A stretch of DNA of 64,000 nucleotides from Podarcis vaucheri. Its lineage: Eukaryota. Below are positions 48,211 through 59,968 of the stretch, piece by piece. The notes beneath the pieces are model-generated. The model ran no database searches and was not told where the DNA came from. It saw nothing but the letters and a program-made list of their open reading frames with translations. Both the position numbers and the translations under genes were made by a program. Every line of letters begins with the position of its first letter. The first letter of the stretch is position 1. The stretch lies in assembly GCA_965113315.1 (NCBI GenBank), contig OZ220371.1; one strand, written 5' to 3'.

Positions 48211-51200
48211 CTGGAGCAGAAACAAAAGGCCAATGCAGTTCTCAGAAACATTTAATTATACTATTAGCACACTGGTCACTCGTTATTGAGGCAGATCTCA
48301 TTACTGTATGAACGGGTCTTTCCAAATCTCATGTGTTTTACTATTTCAGGCTGATTTGGGGCAATTGCCTAAATATTGGAATCAAACAAGAGGTAAAGTA
48401 AGAAAACCTGGAGGTTTTCTTCACTAGGACTGGCGTTTTGCTGAGACTGAGCACCAAATGGCAACCTCCCACCCCCAAGTAAAAGTGCATAGTACCCAAG
48501 GCTTGTGAAGTTATCTTGGAACCAGGCAGAAAACCTTACAAGTGCTGTTCCTTCTCCATAGCACAAAAATAATAAATTAAATAGCTATTTGCTGCCCTTT
48601 CAATTCATCCAAGATTAGCTGCCTGAGGTAACCACCCCAACTCTGCCTAATGGCGGGGCCCAGACCCAAACCTCACAATGGGAGGCGCTAATCTAAGGGC
48701 TATAACCTGGGATCCACTTCGGGTGTGTCAAAGTGTTTGCAGTCACCCAATAGTACATTTGATATCTTCTTTGAAGTTCAGACTACTGTGTCATAAGACA
48801 AACTATTTTGAACCCTCTTGATTCCCATGTTTAAAAGTAAAGCATAGTGAGCTGTGTTGAAGAAATGCAAGCCTATAGATATCTTGGCACACTGAACTAG
48901 TTGGGACAGTTTTTTGGATCACGACCACAGTAGTCACTCCCTTTAATATTAAACTCAGGTGGTGAATGTCAACTGAAACTAAGCCAAAAAAAGAGGCTGA
49001 GAAACAGGAGGAAGTTATCAGCATTCTCAGGCGAAAGTCGAAGTTTGAGATACAACTTCCTCTCTTTTAAAATCGTAAGATGGTAATCCTTCTCCAATGG
49101 TCTGAGCATGCTCAGTAGCAGTGGAATGTTGTGTCCAGGAAAAAGAAAAATGCACCACTCAGAGGAAAATTAGTGGAATGTCCTACTTTACAAGTTACAT
49201 GTTATAGTATGTTGGGGGGGAGGCATAGCTGGCAGACAGGAACTTGAGTAGAAGGTGGAGATAGACCAACCTTTGGTTGCAAGTTCCACCTATGAATAAT
49301 GAAGTGTGAAATTGGTCACCTGGCTCTCCAAAACTGTGTCTGAGTTAACTACGCCTGGCATGAGTTGTGGGCCCCATTGAGCACCCTTCCAGGACACCAT
49401 GTTGGGAGAGGGACAACATAACTAACTTTGTTTTGCTGCTTGCAACCTCCAACCCTGCATGGGGCCACCTACTGGCTCTGGTGCATATGCAACTAACACC
49501 ACACTGTTGAACCTCCTCTTTCCTCTCTGAGGATGTAAGCAGAGTCAAGAGTGAGGAGGTGAAACAGCATCCTCCTCTTCGCTTCTACGACCTGATCTCA
49601 CTTGGTTGTGAAGACTGTGTCCAACAAAAGGGGGCTAGGGAAAGGGAAGTGGAGAGGGACAGATGGATCTGCTTAGAGCACTTTGCCCAAGGGCCTCCAA
49701 AAACCTCAAGCTGGGATTGCAGTCACCCCAAATCTGTTAGCAGTAAGTCTAAAGGATTTCTGGTTTGGGTATTCCAAAGTTTTATTTCTTTTGTAATATT
49801 TCTAGTTTTATCTATATAAATGTTGAATGCTTCCCCACTAGTAGCCTTTGGTTGCAAGATTGGGGACTTTCATTTACAACATGTTGTAGATATTTGAATA
49901 TTTTGAAGAGGGTAACTCTAGTCAGTTGAGACACATTTGCTTTTTATACATATTTCACTGGACACCTAGGATTATTGTATATTTCTAATTTGTAAGAAGC
50001 ATGTGCTTCAATGTAATTATAAGTCAAACACTGACACTTTGCTTCCCTGGGTTTGCCAAAACAGCAAATACTACATGACTGCAAATTTGCATAAATTTGA
50101 TGTGTGCCTAACAAAACACTGATTGAAGTACCATGGATGTGGAATTTCCTAGGTTCAGCATATCCAGTTTGAAGGATTTCAGAAATCAGCGCTAAGAAAG
50201 GCCAGCATCTAAGGCCTTGAAGTGTCATTGCTAGTCTGAGAAGTAGACAAATGGGCCTAGGTGGAGAAATAATCTGGAACTCAGTATAAAGTATAATTCA
50301 AAGGCATTATTTTAGCATTTTATTTTACAGCCTTTTTGCAGGCAAAATAAGGCTCATAAAACTAATTAGTTTAGAACAATTTCCTGAAAACAGGGGTGAC
50401 ACATTTACACAATTGAAAACATAACTATTTCATCAACAAGGGGCACAGCTGTTATCTGATGAGCACAGATTAAATATTTTAGGTAAAGAACTATCCTTGA
50501 AGGCATTTCTGAGTTCACAAATATAAGATACTTCTATAAATGAACTCCAAAGATGTTACCTTATAATTCAAATCTAAATAAGTATGAGCAAGTTAATAGT
50601 GATATTGTCTTAAAAACATTGTATTTTATGAGTAGCTATGTTGGCTTTTTCAGGATTTTTTTTAAAAAACCCCACATGAATTAGGAAAGGATTTATTAGC
50701 TAGAAATGCACTAACAAGCATTCTGTATGCAAACTTCTACAATTAATCAAATATCTGCATAGCATTTTCCCTGTTTTTCTTTTTACACAATTCAACAATG
50801 GTAGACCTATAAATTTGAGGGGGGGGAATATATAAATGAATATATTTCATTTATATAATGAAGAATTTAAAAGGAAGATTAAAACTGAACAGCAGATAAA
50901 TTGCCTATGGAAAGCAATCTATTAAAACCAGAAAGTTTCACAATGCTGCAGATTTGAACAAGCTCAAATGCAAGAGGTAGTTGTTATGGCAACTACCAAG
51001 TAGTGAAGTCGAGTTGTATGCATCCCTGGTACTGAAATTCCTAACCAAAGAAAATTAAAGAGTTGTTAAATTGACGTGCCTGCCTATGATAAATGTACAC
51101 CTCTTTAATTTATAAATGGAACTCCATGTTGTGGAGAGGTTATTATTCAATGTGACTCAGGAATTATCATGTTGTTGTATGCAAGAATGTTGTGATTAAC

Positions 51201-51527
51201 ACCAATGATTTTGTTGTCTCTATACTCCAACTTGATGCATATCCCAATCTGCAAGTTTCCCTTCACTGGGTAGATGTGAGGGAAGAAAAATATCAGAGTC
51301 CTTTGAAGCCACGTAAAAGGCTTCATCCTAAATTTGTAAATAAAAGGGTTTGTTTACCTCTTTATAAATTTCTAATTTCAGCAATTTCAAGCAAGTGAGG
51401 TACTTATGAATGTAGATAATTCACTCAGATTTGTTTTGTGGTATGACCATGCAAGAGGCGGCTGGGCAGGAAGTACAGGCTGCAGTAGTGTATCTTAAAC
51501 AGATGACCTGTCATTGCATTAAATTAC

Positions 51528-51610
51528 CTTGTGTATTCTGAGACTTTGCAGGGTTTCTTTCCCAGTGAGAAAGAACGGACCTCGGAGCCATGGTCCAACT
51601 TTCTCTTCAT
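51528..51610 (-). CDS. FBXW7: FBXW7 first common exon (83 nt; MKRKLDHGSEVRSFSLGKKPCKVSEYT-S)
   Basis: Hand translation. Acceptor ttttgtag, donor AG|GTAATT, phase 0 to 2. Not in the ORF track because it is short. Confidence 0.97.
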
Positions 51611-52127
51611 CTACAAAATGGGATAAGGAACAAAAAAATGGTGTTAGTTTGGCAGCATAGCGAGGCCCTTAATGAAGAGGGTGGTAATCTTTTTGCCTGT
51701 ACCTATCAATATTTTCTTAATATCAGCCTGTGCAACCTGCATTTTAAACTAACAAAACATAAATTATTCCAATGACCCAGCTTTTCTACAACCCTTTGCA
51801 CCATAATCACTTGGCAGCTAGAAGATACCCTGCTGCATTATGATTTGCATTATGATTTGTTTCCACACATTTATTCATCTCAATTAGTTATTAAATGATT
51901 CAGTTCATTACTCTGCACATTCTTTGGAATGATAGGTATAAATGCTAAAATAACATCAAACTGAATGAAATATTCTCTGATAAACACTTAAAAACACAGA
52001 TCAGAAACATTTTACGAATGTGAAAAAGCACGTAAAACTACCTCCCTTTGGGCAGTTCCTTATATTTTTACCACTAGTGTCATTAGGATGGCCTTAGGAC
52101 AAGTAGCTTTGTGCAATATGGCAAGAT

Positions 52128-52130
<3 letters not shown>

Positions 52131-52161
<31 letters not shown>
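52131..52161. repeat. (TG)n microsatellite
   Basis: 15 TG units. Confidence 0.97.
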
Positions 52162-52165
<4 letters not shown>

Positions 52166-53941
52166 ATGCAGTGTTGCATTGTCAACCACAGAGAAGTTTA
52201 TCAAAGTTACCAACACTTATATATCAAGTAATCTTTTAACTACAAACATTTAGACTGGAAACTGAAAGAAGCAAACAAAAACATATGAAAAGTGCAATAC
52301 ATCCAAAAGCAAACTTTTTAGGTTTGACAAGGTGCAGCAGTGGCAATTCGACACCTATGCTGGCTGAACAGTATGGAATATACATGTGCTTTTGCCCAGA
52401 TTTATATCTGGTTGTTTTTCTTAATATGGTAGCTATTTAAAATGACTGGCTTCATACCAGTTGTTGGCAGCTAAAATCAAATATACACTATCATGCAAAT
52501 GCAGATTTTCCCATTCCCATATTTTTTAAAAAACGGACATTCACTATATATTGTGGCTGTCTGCTGACACCGAAGATACATTAGAATCATTCAAGATACT
52601 AAAGTGCATTCTCACTACGGAAATAAGCATTCTCTTAGGCTTATGAATTGTGTTTTATTTTTAAACAAGGTTTCCATTTAAATTGTGATGTTTATCTTTT
52701 TCACTTGAGCAATAATGGAAACACTCCTCTTGTGCTCAGCCTTATTTGTGAGCCTGTGCCTCACATGGGACAATACACAGCATGCACCACACAGAACCAA
52801 AAAGCCTTCTCCACCAGCAACCTTTATTCAGAGCAAAGGTGGGGATAATGGAGACCATATTTTCATCCATGTACAGGAGCATGTCTGAAGACCCTGGGAA
52901 AACACTCCCCATATTTAGAAAAATACATCGATTTATTGCAGAGCACCCTTTTGCTATAACCAAACTGCAGCTCCAGAAATGGGGGTTCATATACTAGATG
53001 CTTTTAACCTCCATTAAAAATTAAACTGATTCTCCCCTAGGGGGTATCATGATATTCTAGCAGTAGTATTTCTTGTTTCTGACTATGAAATGATTTATTT
53101 TACTTCAGCAAACAAATGTTAGGAATATGAATTAACTCCTACTCTGAACACAACTTCATTTTCTCAAAAGCATGGGATACATTCTAAACAACAGGCAGTT
53201 GTCCAAGGATGCAACGAAACTCCTGTTTTCTTAATATTTGTAGGAAACTTTTTCCATCCCGTTTAAGCTCCAACTGTTTTAGGTACTGGGAAACCTGCAA
53301 AAGCTTAGCACTTGGCACTCTATGAAATACTCTTAATAAAATTACCACTTTGTTAGGCTAAAAAGAAGTTTATGTCCATTAGAGGTATCTAGTGTAAACA
53401 ATTGCATTTTGTAGGAGGTTCTGTGAAATTCAAAAACTTGCTCCACAAGTACCTGAGGAAACACACAATCTTGTAGAAAATTATGGTTGGGTTTTTTTTA
53501 AATAACAGATCCTGCAGACTGTATTCTGCATTGCTCTTGGGAATACACTGTATCTCTGAAACATTTCACAGCATGCTCAAAATGTCTCTTTGATATAAGC
53601 AATTACATGTTAACATCAGTACTATTTGCATCCAAAGCTGCAAAATGAACATGAAATACTGAGTGAAAGTAGAAAAGGGTCTTTTTTTTTAAAAGGGAGG
53701 GGGGAAAAAACAGGCTAAAGTGCTGAGCTGAAGAGCCAGTTCGGTTGAAGGTAGTCTGATCTTTCTTTGGTTTCCCATGCAGACTCCTAAAATAAAAGGA
53801 TTTCGCATCTCATTGAGCCCTTTCATTATTTGCCTTTATTCAGCGTATAGCATGTTAAGCATCCAGGCACCACCAAAGGAGGGGGGGGAATACAGAGAGA
53901 TACCGCAGCCATCTCTGATGATACAGATTTTTCTTTCCTCG

Positions 53942-54004
53942 ACACACACACACACACACACACAGGCACATACACACACGGGCACACGGGCACATACACA
54001 CACA
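53942..54004. repeat. Interrupted (CA)n; reads (UG)n in FBXW7 pre-mRNA, 50 nt below the beta donor
   Basis: Direct reading of the sequence. Confidence 0.95.
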
Positions 54005-54055
54005 TCTATATAGATACATATAGGAAGGGGGACACACACCATACCGGTTACTTAC

Positions 54056-54334
54056 TTTGTAAAAAATCATTTTTAAAGTGCCGTAGAACCCCATGTTTTC
54101 GGTATTTTTCCCCTTCAGCGGTTCCGTGCCCCCGTGTGTCCGGCTGCTTGGTAGCCTCTGACAATATAAACCTTTTTCAGGTAGATATGTCACAGACTCT
54201 AATGTGGACATGCTCGGGCACGTCGGAGAAGGAAGATCAGGCAGCAGAAGCAGCAGCAGCAGCAGCAGCAAGCAAACTCCACCGTGAATGCGAGGAACGA
54301 AGCTCGATATCAAAAACCTCCTCCCGGCACACAT
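54056..54334 (-). CDS. FBXW7: FBXW7 beta-isoform-specific first coding exon (93 codons)
   Basis: Translates MCAGRRFLISSFVPRIHGGVCL(10)PDLPSPTCPSMSTLESVTYLPEKGLYCQRLPSSRTHGGTEPLKGKNTENMGFYGTLKMIFYK, recognisable as the Fbw7-beta N-terminus. Phase-0 donor AAA|GTAAGT at 54055. The start codon used is uncertain (54334 vs 54211). Confidence 0.93.
54206..54225. promoter_or_regulatory. Candidate p53 response element inside beta exon 1
   Basis: GGACATGCTC (perfect RRRCWWGYYY) directly followed by GGGCACGTCG (8/10), zero spacer. FBXW7-beta is an established p53-inducible isoform in mammals. Confidence 0.6.
54241..54273 (-). repeat. Coding (CTG)n tract encoding Leu10
   Basis: TTG (CTG)6 CTT (CTG)2 in the beta frame. 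Confidence 0.95.
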
Positions 54335-54700
54335 ACATACGTACAGCTTGTCTGAGGAGAACTTAAGGGAATAATGAGTGAGGGGGGAAGATTATTGGAG
54401 GAGACTTTGCCCTGTCAAAGCCTTGACTGAACAGATTCCTCCCCGAGCGGCACAGAGATCAGATTACATCTTCCCTCACGCTGCGAATGGTGCAGTCCAA
54501 GCTTCAGCAATGCAGGCTGCACATCAATTATATGGTGCTCAGCTCCAAGGAGCCTGTGAGCACACAGCATGGGAAGGACTTCGGCAGGAAATTAAACCGT
54601 CCCCACGCCATCCTCACATTGGCCACTGGGCTCGAAGGAAAGGCTGAATATCTTTAACTATCTTCTCAAACCTGGCTAATTTATCTCCCCCCATTTTAAA
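54335..54700 (-). promoter_or_regulatory. FBXW7-beta 5'UTR and proximal promoter region
   Basis: Directly upstream of the beta ATG, CpG-retaining and repeat-free, with a GGCCAAT (NF-Y type) box at 54624-54618. The TSS cannot be determined from sequence. Confidence 0.55.
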
Positions 54701-56737
54701 CAAACAGGAGAGCACTGGATAATTCACGATTACAAGCTGAAGCAAACAAGGCGATTTCCACTAATTACAGCTATACGGTGGCCCTCCGGCAAGCTGACTG
54801 GACCTTTATGCCATTGCATCTAATGGGTTCAAACACTGCTGCATAAAAATGCAGTTAATTTCAAATTAATTTGAGATAAGCATTTCCTTTGGCAAGCAGC
54901 CTACATTTTTCATTTGGGGGAGGAGAAATAGTAATGAATTTATTGTTACGCTTAGCGTTCAATCCAATCATAATAAAATATGCAACTAGTTTGATTTAAA
55001 TATTAATTCCTTCCTATTGTGGATTATTATTTTTTAAGTTGTGCTTACAAAATAACAGAACTGACGAGAAAACTCATGAGATCATCTTGTCCACCCCAAA
55101 TGGGGGAAAGATCAGCACTACGGTTCTCTTACTACTCTTCAGTTACAACAAAAATCTGAAATAATTATTCAATGACACTCCCCTCCCAAACACAGTTGAC
55201 GCTACTGGAGAATCACCCTCCAAAGTGTTTTTGTTTTAAATACTTAACTTAAATCTGTATTTCTGCTATTTAACTATACTATCTGTGGCCCTATTTTCAA
55301 ACATATTTGACAGCTACTGTCATGACAGACCTTGAAGATGTCTATTTCACAGAGCAAATTAATATGACCACTTGCACCATTAGGTGATTCCCCCCCCCCA
55401 TAATCACTGCCTAGGGAGACCCCTACAGCCTTTCAAAAGGGTCCACATGCAATCAGCTATCACGTTGCTGAATGTACAAGAACCAAGTTTTAGCTGAACC
55501 CTTTCACAAGATCCAGATCCAGCTGAATCCCTCTATAGATTGTTGCAGGGGGCAGATTTGCATCACAGGGGGAGCAAAGCTACACCATGTTACAGTTCAT
55601 ATTCCAAATATATGAACGTAAAACATCAGATGAAGCCTGTTCAGTCAAGTGGAGCTATCACGTGTCTTGAACATGATACTTCTGCTACCCTTAATACACT
55701 GCAGTACGACATTTGCGTGGAAGTATGCTCGTATTTTCTCCAGATGGCATTTCTGCCATGAACACAATGTTCCTTTCCCCCCTTCTATTATAATATGAAA
55801 CATTTTTTTAAAGCTTCTACTTTTTAAAATGTTCCTACTTTTCCCCCACAATCTGATGTGTCCCTGACTGAAGTCTGGTTTGGGTATTTATTTTTGGCCT
55901 CAAAACTGGCTCCTGATTTTTAGTTTAAAAATAAAATAAAATAGTGTCATGATATAGGTATGGTGCAGACATATATAAATTGCATTTTCTCCACAAAAAG
56001 CAGAATACTTTCTGAAGGTTTATGTTGTATGTTTACGTTTATGACAAACCTTGTAATTTATATACGGGCATGCTATCTTAAAAAAGTATTTCTGGACCAG
56101 AAGGCACATTTTGAATTTTAAGGAAGAATGATGGGCACCAGTCACAAAATGGTTGCCATGGCATAACACAGCATGCCTGCTGTGGGGGCATGGTGAAATT
56201 AGAGACAGTTCAGTCATTGATGCTTCCCACCCACCCAAGAAAGCCAAAGGCTTACCATGGCAAGTCAGCTACGTCCTGAGTTCTCTCCCGCCTCCCACCA
56301 ACATAACAAACATTGTCTAATAACAATGGAGCATTTCCCAACACCAGCAAAAATATATACGGTGATCACACCACTCTTTCTCCTGCGCATGCACAGCACA
56401 CATACAGGCCACATACACATGTGCATCTCTCTCAACTCACTCATGCACACACATTCCTCATATACATCTCTCCCTCTTTCACACAGACCACAGATACACA
56501 CAGACCACATACACATCTCCACCCCTACTCCTCCCGCTCACAGACCATACATGCATGTGCTCCTCCTCCTTCCCTCTCTCTTACGAATGCCCACAAATCA
56601 CATGCACCTATCTACTAAGTGTGTCTGTCTGTCTGTCTGGGTGTCTGCAGGAATTTTTCCTCTAACTTCCTCACAAGAAATGAGAAGAATGGTGTCTGCA
56701 TGTTTTGCCTCAAGTTCTAAAATATGTCAGGTTCCAA

Positions 56738-56887
56738 NNNNNNNNNNNNNNNNNNNNNNNNNNNNNNNNNNNNNNNNNNNNNNNNNNNNNNNNNNNNNNN
56801 NNNNNNNNNNNNNNNNNNNNNNNNNNNNNNNNNNNNNNNNNNNNNNNNNNNNNNNNNNNNNNNNNNNNNNNNNNNNNNNNNNNNNNN
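56738..56887. other. Assembly gap (150 N)
   Basis: Run of N. Confidence 1.
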
Positions 56888-57327
56888 TCTTAGGCCTATT
56901 ACTGGTTAACAAGTTAGGACTGTTGGCTATTTTCCTGGTTTGTGAACTAATATGAAGCTACTGTTCCCCAATTTGGACATAACAGGAAACTTAGGACCAC
57001 CCAGGATCTTTGTGTCAAAGCTGGCACACAGTGGATGAGTGCTCAGCCCCCCTATGCTCGTTCCTGGCTTCATAAACCAGAGTTTACAAAGCCTGGAATG
57101 AGAGTCCAAACCAGATATTACATCTTATCTGAATACGCTATTAAAGAGTTCCTGTGCCCAATTTTCTTTTGTGACAAATTCTCAAAAAACAGTCATTATT
57201 CAGAGAAAGGTTAAGGAAATATCTGGTACTCAAAGAATATTAGTAAAGTTAAGCTTCTACTACAGTGGGTATAAAAGCATAAATCCCAGGGTATGATCTG
57301 AGGGTACATGAGAGACACCAATTGGCT

Positions 57328-57442
57328 GAAGCTAAAGCAAGTCTGGGACAAGTCAGTGCCTGGATGGATGACCATATTGAAACCACATGTACACAAACTT
57401 GGTTCCATTATGGAAGAAAGGCAGGATATAAAATAAATAAAT
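57328..57442 (+). mobile_element. 5S rRNA-related SINE-like remnant
   Basis: GAAGCTAAAGCAAGTCTGGGACAAGTCAGTGCCTGGATGGATGACC resembles the 5S internal control region (AAGCTAAGCAGGGTCGGGCCTGGTTAGTACTTGGATGGGAGACC), followed by a GGCAGGATATAAAATAAATAAA L2-like tail. Confidence 0.45.
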
Positions 57443-59224
57443 ACAGTAAGTAAAAGAGGAAGACATTATCCCCATTTTACAGAGGGAACTGATGTGTTTG
57501 CATTACATGACTGTCAAAATGCCTGTCTTGTCACAAACGAAAAAAAGTAAATCAAGCATGAACAGGAATCCGGTGTTTGTGGTATAAGAGAACCAAAATA
57601 CGGAGAGGATTCTGTGTATGTAAGAGAAGACAGTAAGCTCCCCCAAGCTGCAGTCTAAGTAACTGCAGATTATTTATGCCTATACAATTATTTCCCTACT
57701 GGCCTTACAAAAACAACTTATTAAACTTTTAGCAGGCAAGTTTGTTAGCAAGTTATAAATTAAAAACCAAAATTACTAGGTTTAATGCTTTAAGTTTTCT
57801 TAGTCAAGTTAAGTAACATCTGAATTCCTGAAATCTGTACTGTTCATCATTAGCAAAACAGGCTATTTTAAAGGGGATTATAAGATCCAAGGACCAATAC
57901 CACAACTAGACAGACATCTGTTCTAATCTTGAGCCTATATAATGTAGCAATTTCTTCATCACCATTCTTGATGAATTGGAGATGCTATAGAACATACATG
58001 CAGCCCTGTGAATTTGTTATAGCTTCTCATTTCTTGAAGTCTTTTTTTTTGGGGGGGGTGGCAGAAAGGACCCAGTTGTGGTTAATGGATATTCCTGCTG
58101 TCAATATTCAGATGCTAAATATCAGTTCTCAAAATGAACCGTGAAAAGTGTATAAAACTGTTAACTCATATACTACTGTGGTTTTTTAAAAAAAGGAAGG
58201 CTGGAGAATAGCAGAAATCTTACTTCTGGTTTCCCTGAGATCTTCCATTAATATCTGAAACATCAAGAGCAGCATTCTGCTACAGAATAAGGTTCTTGCA
58301 TACCAATCCTAAAATTAGTAGCAGCAAAACTCCAAGCAAATATGATGCAATGAAACAGGTTGTGATGCTGAACTGCTGCAGTAGCTGTGGGCCCTTTACT
58401 AATCACTTCTTCGCTAATAAAATTTTCTACAGCTCAGTATGGTATATTTTTCTCTGGTCCTTCATTACACAATATCTATTCATCTTCTAACCACATAACA
58501 GCTACAATTCCACAATGGTATTTCCACTTCTCTATTAAGTTTCATTCCTTACACATTTCACAGCAGAGAGCATGCGAGAACTGAGCTTCTGACCAGCTCT
58601 GTTTCTTCTTATCCTTTCTTTCTTATAACCCATCTTGCATGAAGGGAAAAGGTAACACATTCACAGCTTAACTTACATTATTTAATATCTATGGGGAAAG
58701 GAGAATCAGATATAGAAAATAATTTTTCACCTAAACTACCAGGGTCAAGCTCAGCCACGGACACTACTGCATTACTATAAAATAATGAATATATAAAAGA
58801 ATTAGGATGTGTAACGTTTACTTCAGCTATCCCTATATGTTTAGGAATAAATATACAAATCCTAGTTGCATGATCAGTTAAACATTTTACTTGGCCAGGA
58901 AGAATACTAAATACCTTAAATTTCACTATTTTCATTTTTATATTAGGTGATAGTCAACTCTTACTTACTCAGGGTGCCTAAGTCCATTTATTTCAAGAGA
59001 TTTACTTTGAGCAAAACTTTGTAGAATACCCAAGGGCTTGCAACCTTGTAAACATCAGAAAAGATTCTAGAAAAAAACTCCAAGTATTCTTGTACCAAAA
59101 CACAATAGCAGATTATTATGGCAAAAACTTTTTGTAGATTCCTGTTCCCCAGATGCAGCAAGTGTTATCCTGTATTGATATTCATTACTTTTATATATCA
59201 GAGAGAGTTCAAGGCAATCTACAA

Positions 59225-59378
59225 ACACCTTGCCATTTTATCTCCATTTTATCTTCAGAACAATGTGGGGTAGGTTAGGCTGTAAGAGAGAGGCTGGGCC
59301 AAGCTTATCAGTGAGCTTCAGAGCTGAGATAGGACTTGAACCTGGTCTCCCCAATCCTAGTCTAACCACTGCATCACA
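59225..59378 (-). mobile_element. Old CORE/MIR-like tRNA SINE
   Basis: CCATTTTATC..ACAA..GTAGGTTAGGCTG..CCAAG..CAGTGAGCTTCA..GCTGAG..ACTTGAACCTGGTCTCCC pattern. Similar remnants at ~7517-7630 and ~22905-23083. Confidence 0.5.
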
Positions 59379-59657
59379 CAAGTGCAGCCCTCTTCAGGAC
59401 TCCTGAAACCTATATATGAAATGCTGCAAGCACAACCACTTCCCTCTTTGGTGGATCATGCACTTCTCCCCACGATCCAGACCCCCATGCAACCAGAGGC
59501 CCAATTGTGGGAAGGACTGTGAACAGATTTATTCTAACATGGTTACAATCCCCTTACAGACTTTTCTGCTCAACACAGGAAGGTCAGAGTGAAGGACAAG
59601 GAGCAGTCCTACACTCCCTTTAGTGTTCAGTAAAACCAGTGTGTGTGATGGGGGGTG

Positions 59658-59667
59658 GAGAGAGAGG

Positions 59668-59711
<44 letters not shown>
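59658..59711. repeat. (GA)n microsatellite
   Basis: Direct reading of the sequence. Confidence 0.97.
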
Positions 59712-59716
<5 letters not shown>

Positions 59717-59861
59717 TGAATATATGCAAACACTAGGAGCCAAATAACTAGAAATACAAGGGGTTAGTGGTGACAATTCTATGTAAAACTTAAAATGTCT
59801 ACAAGGTAAGCATTGTGGCCATTCACAGCAGCAATGGTTGCAGCTAGCACAATAATCCAAC

Positions 59862-59968
59862 ATAGTTTCAGTGGGTCGAGCAGGATCATGGGTTCAAGCT
59901 CCACCTGAGCAAGGCAAAAGATTCCTGCATTGCAGAGGGTTGGGCTATATGCCCTTCGTGGTCCCTTC
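59862..59968 (+). mobile_element. Degenerate tRNA-head SINE with CR1-like tail
   Basis: B-box GGTTCAAGCTCC followed by GGCAAAAGATTCCTGCATTGCAGAGGGTTGG..GTGGTCCCTTC. Confidence 0.65.

Noticed and set aside
56257-56955. 232-aa His/Thr-rich ORF
   Set aside because: CA-rich low-complexity DNA plus an N gap.
57328-57384. 5S rRNA gene
   Set aside because: Only a degenerate ~55-nt internal portion is present.
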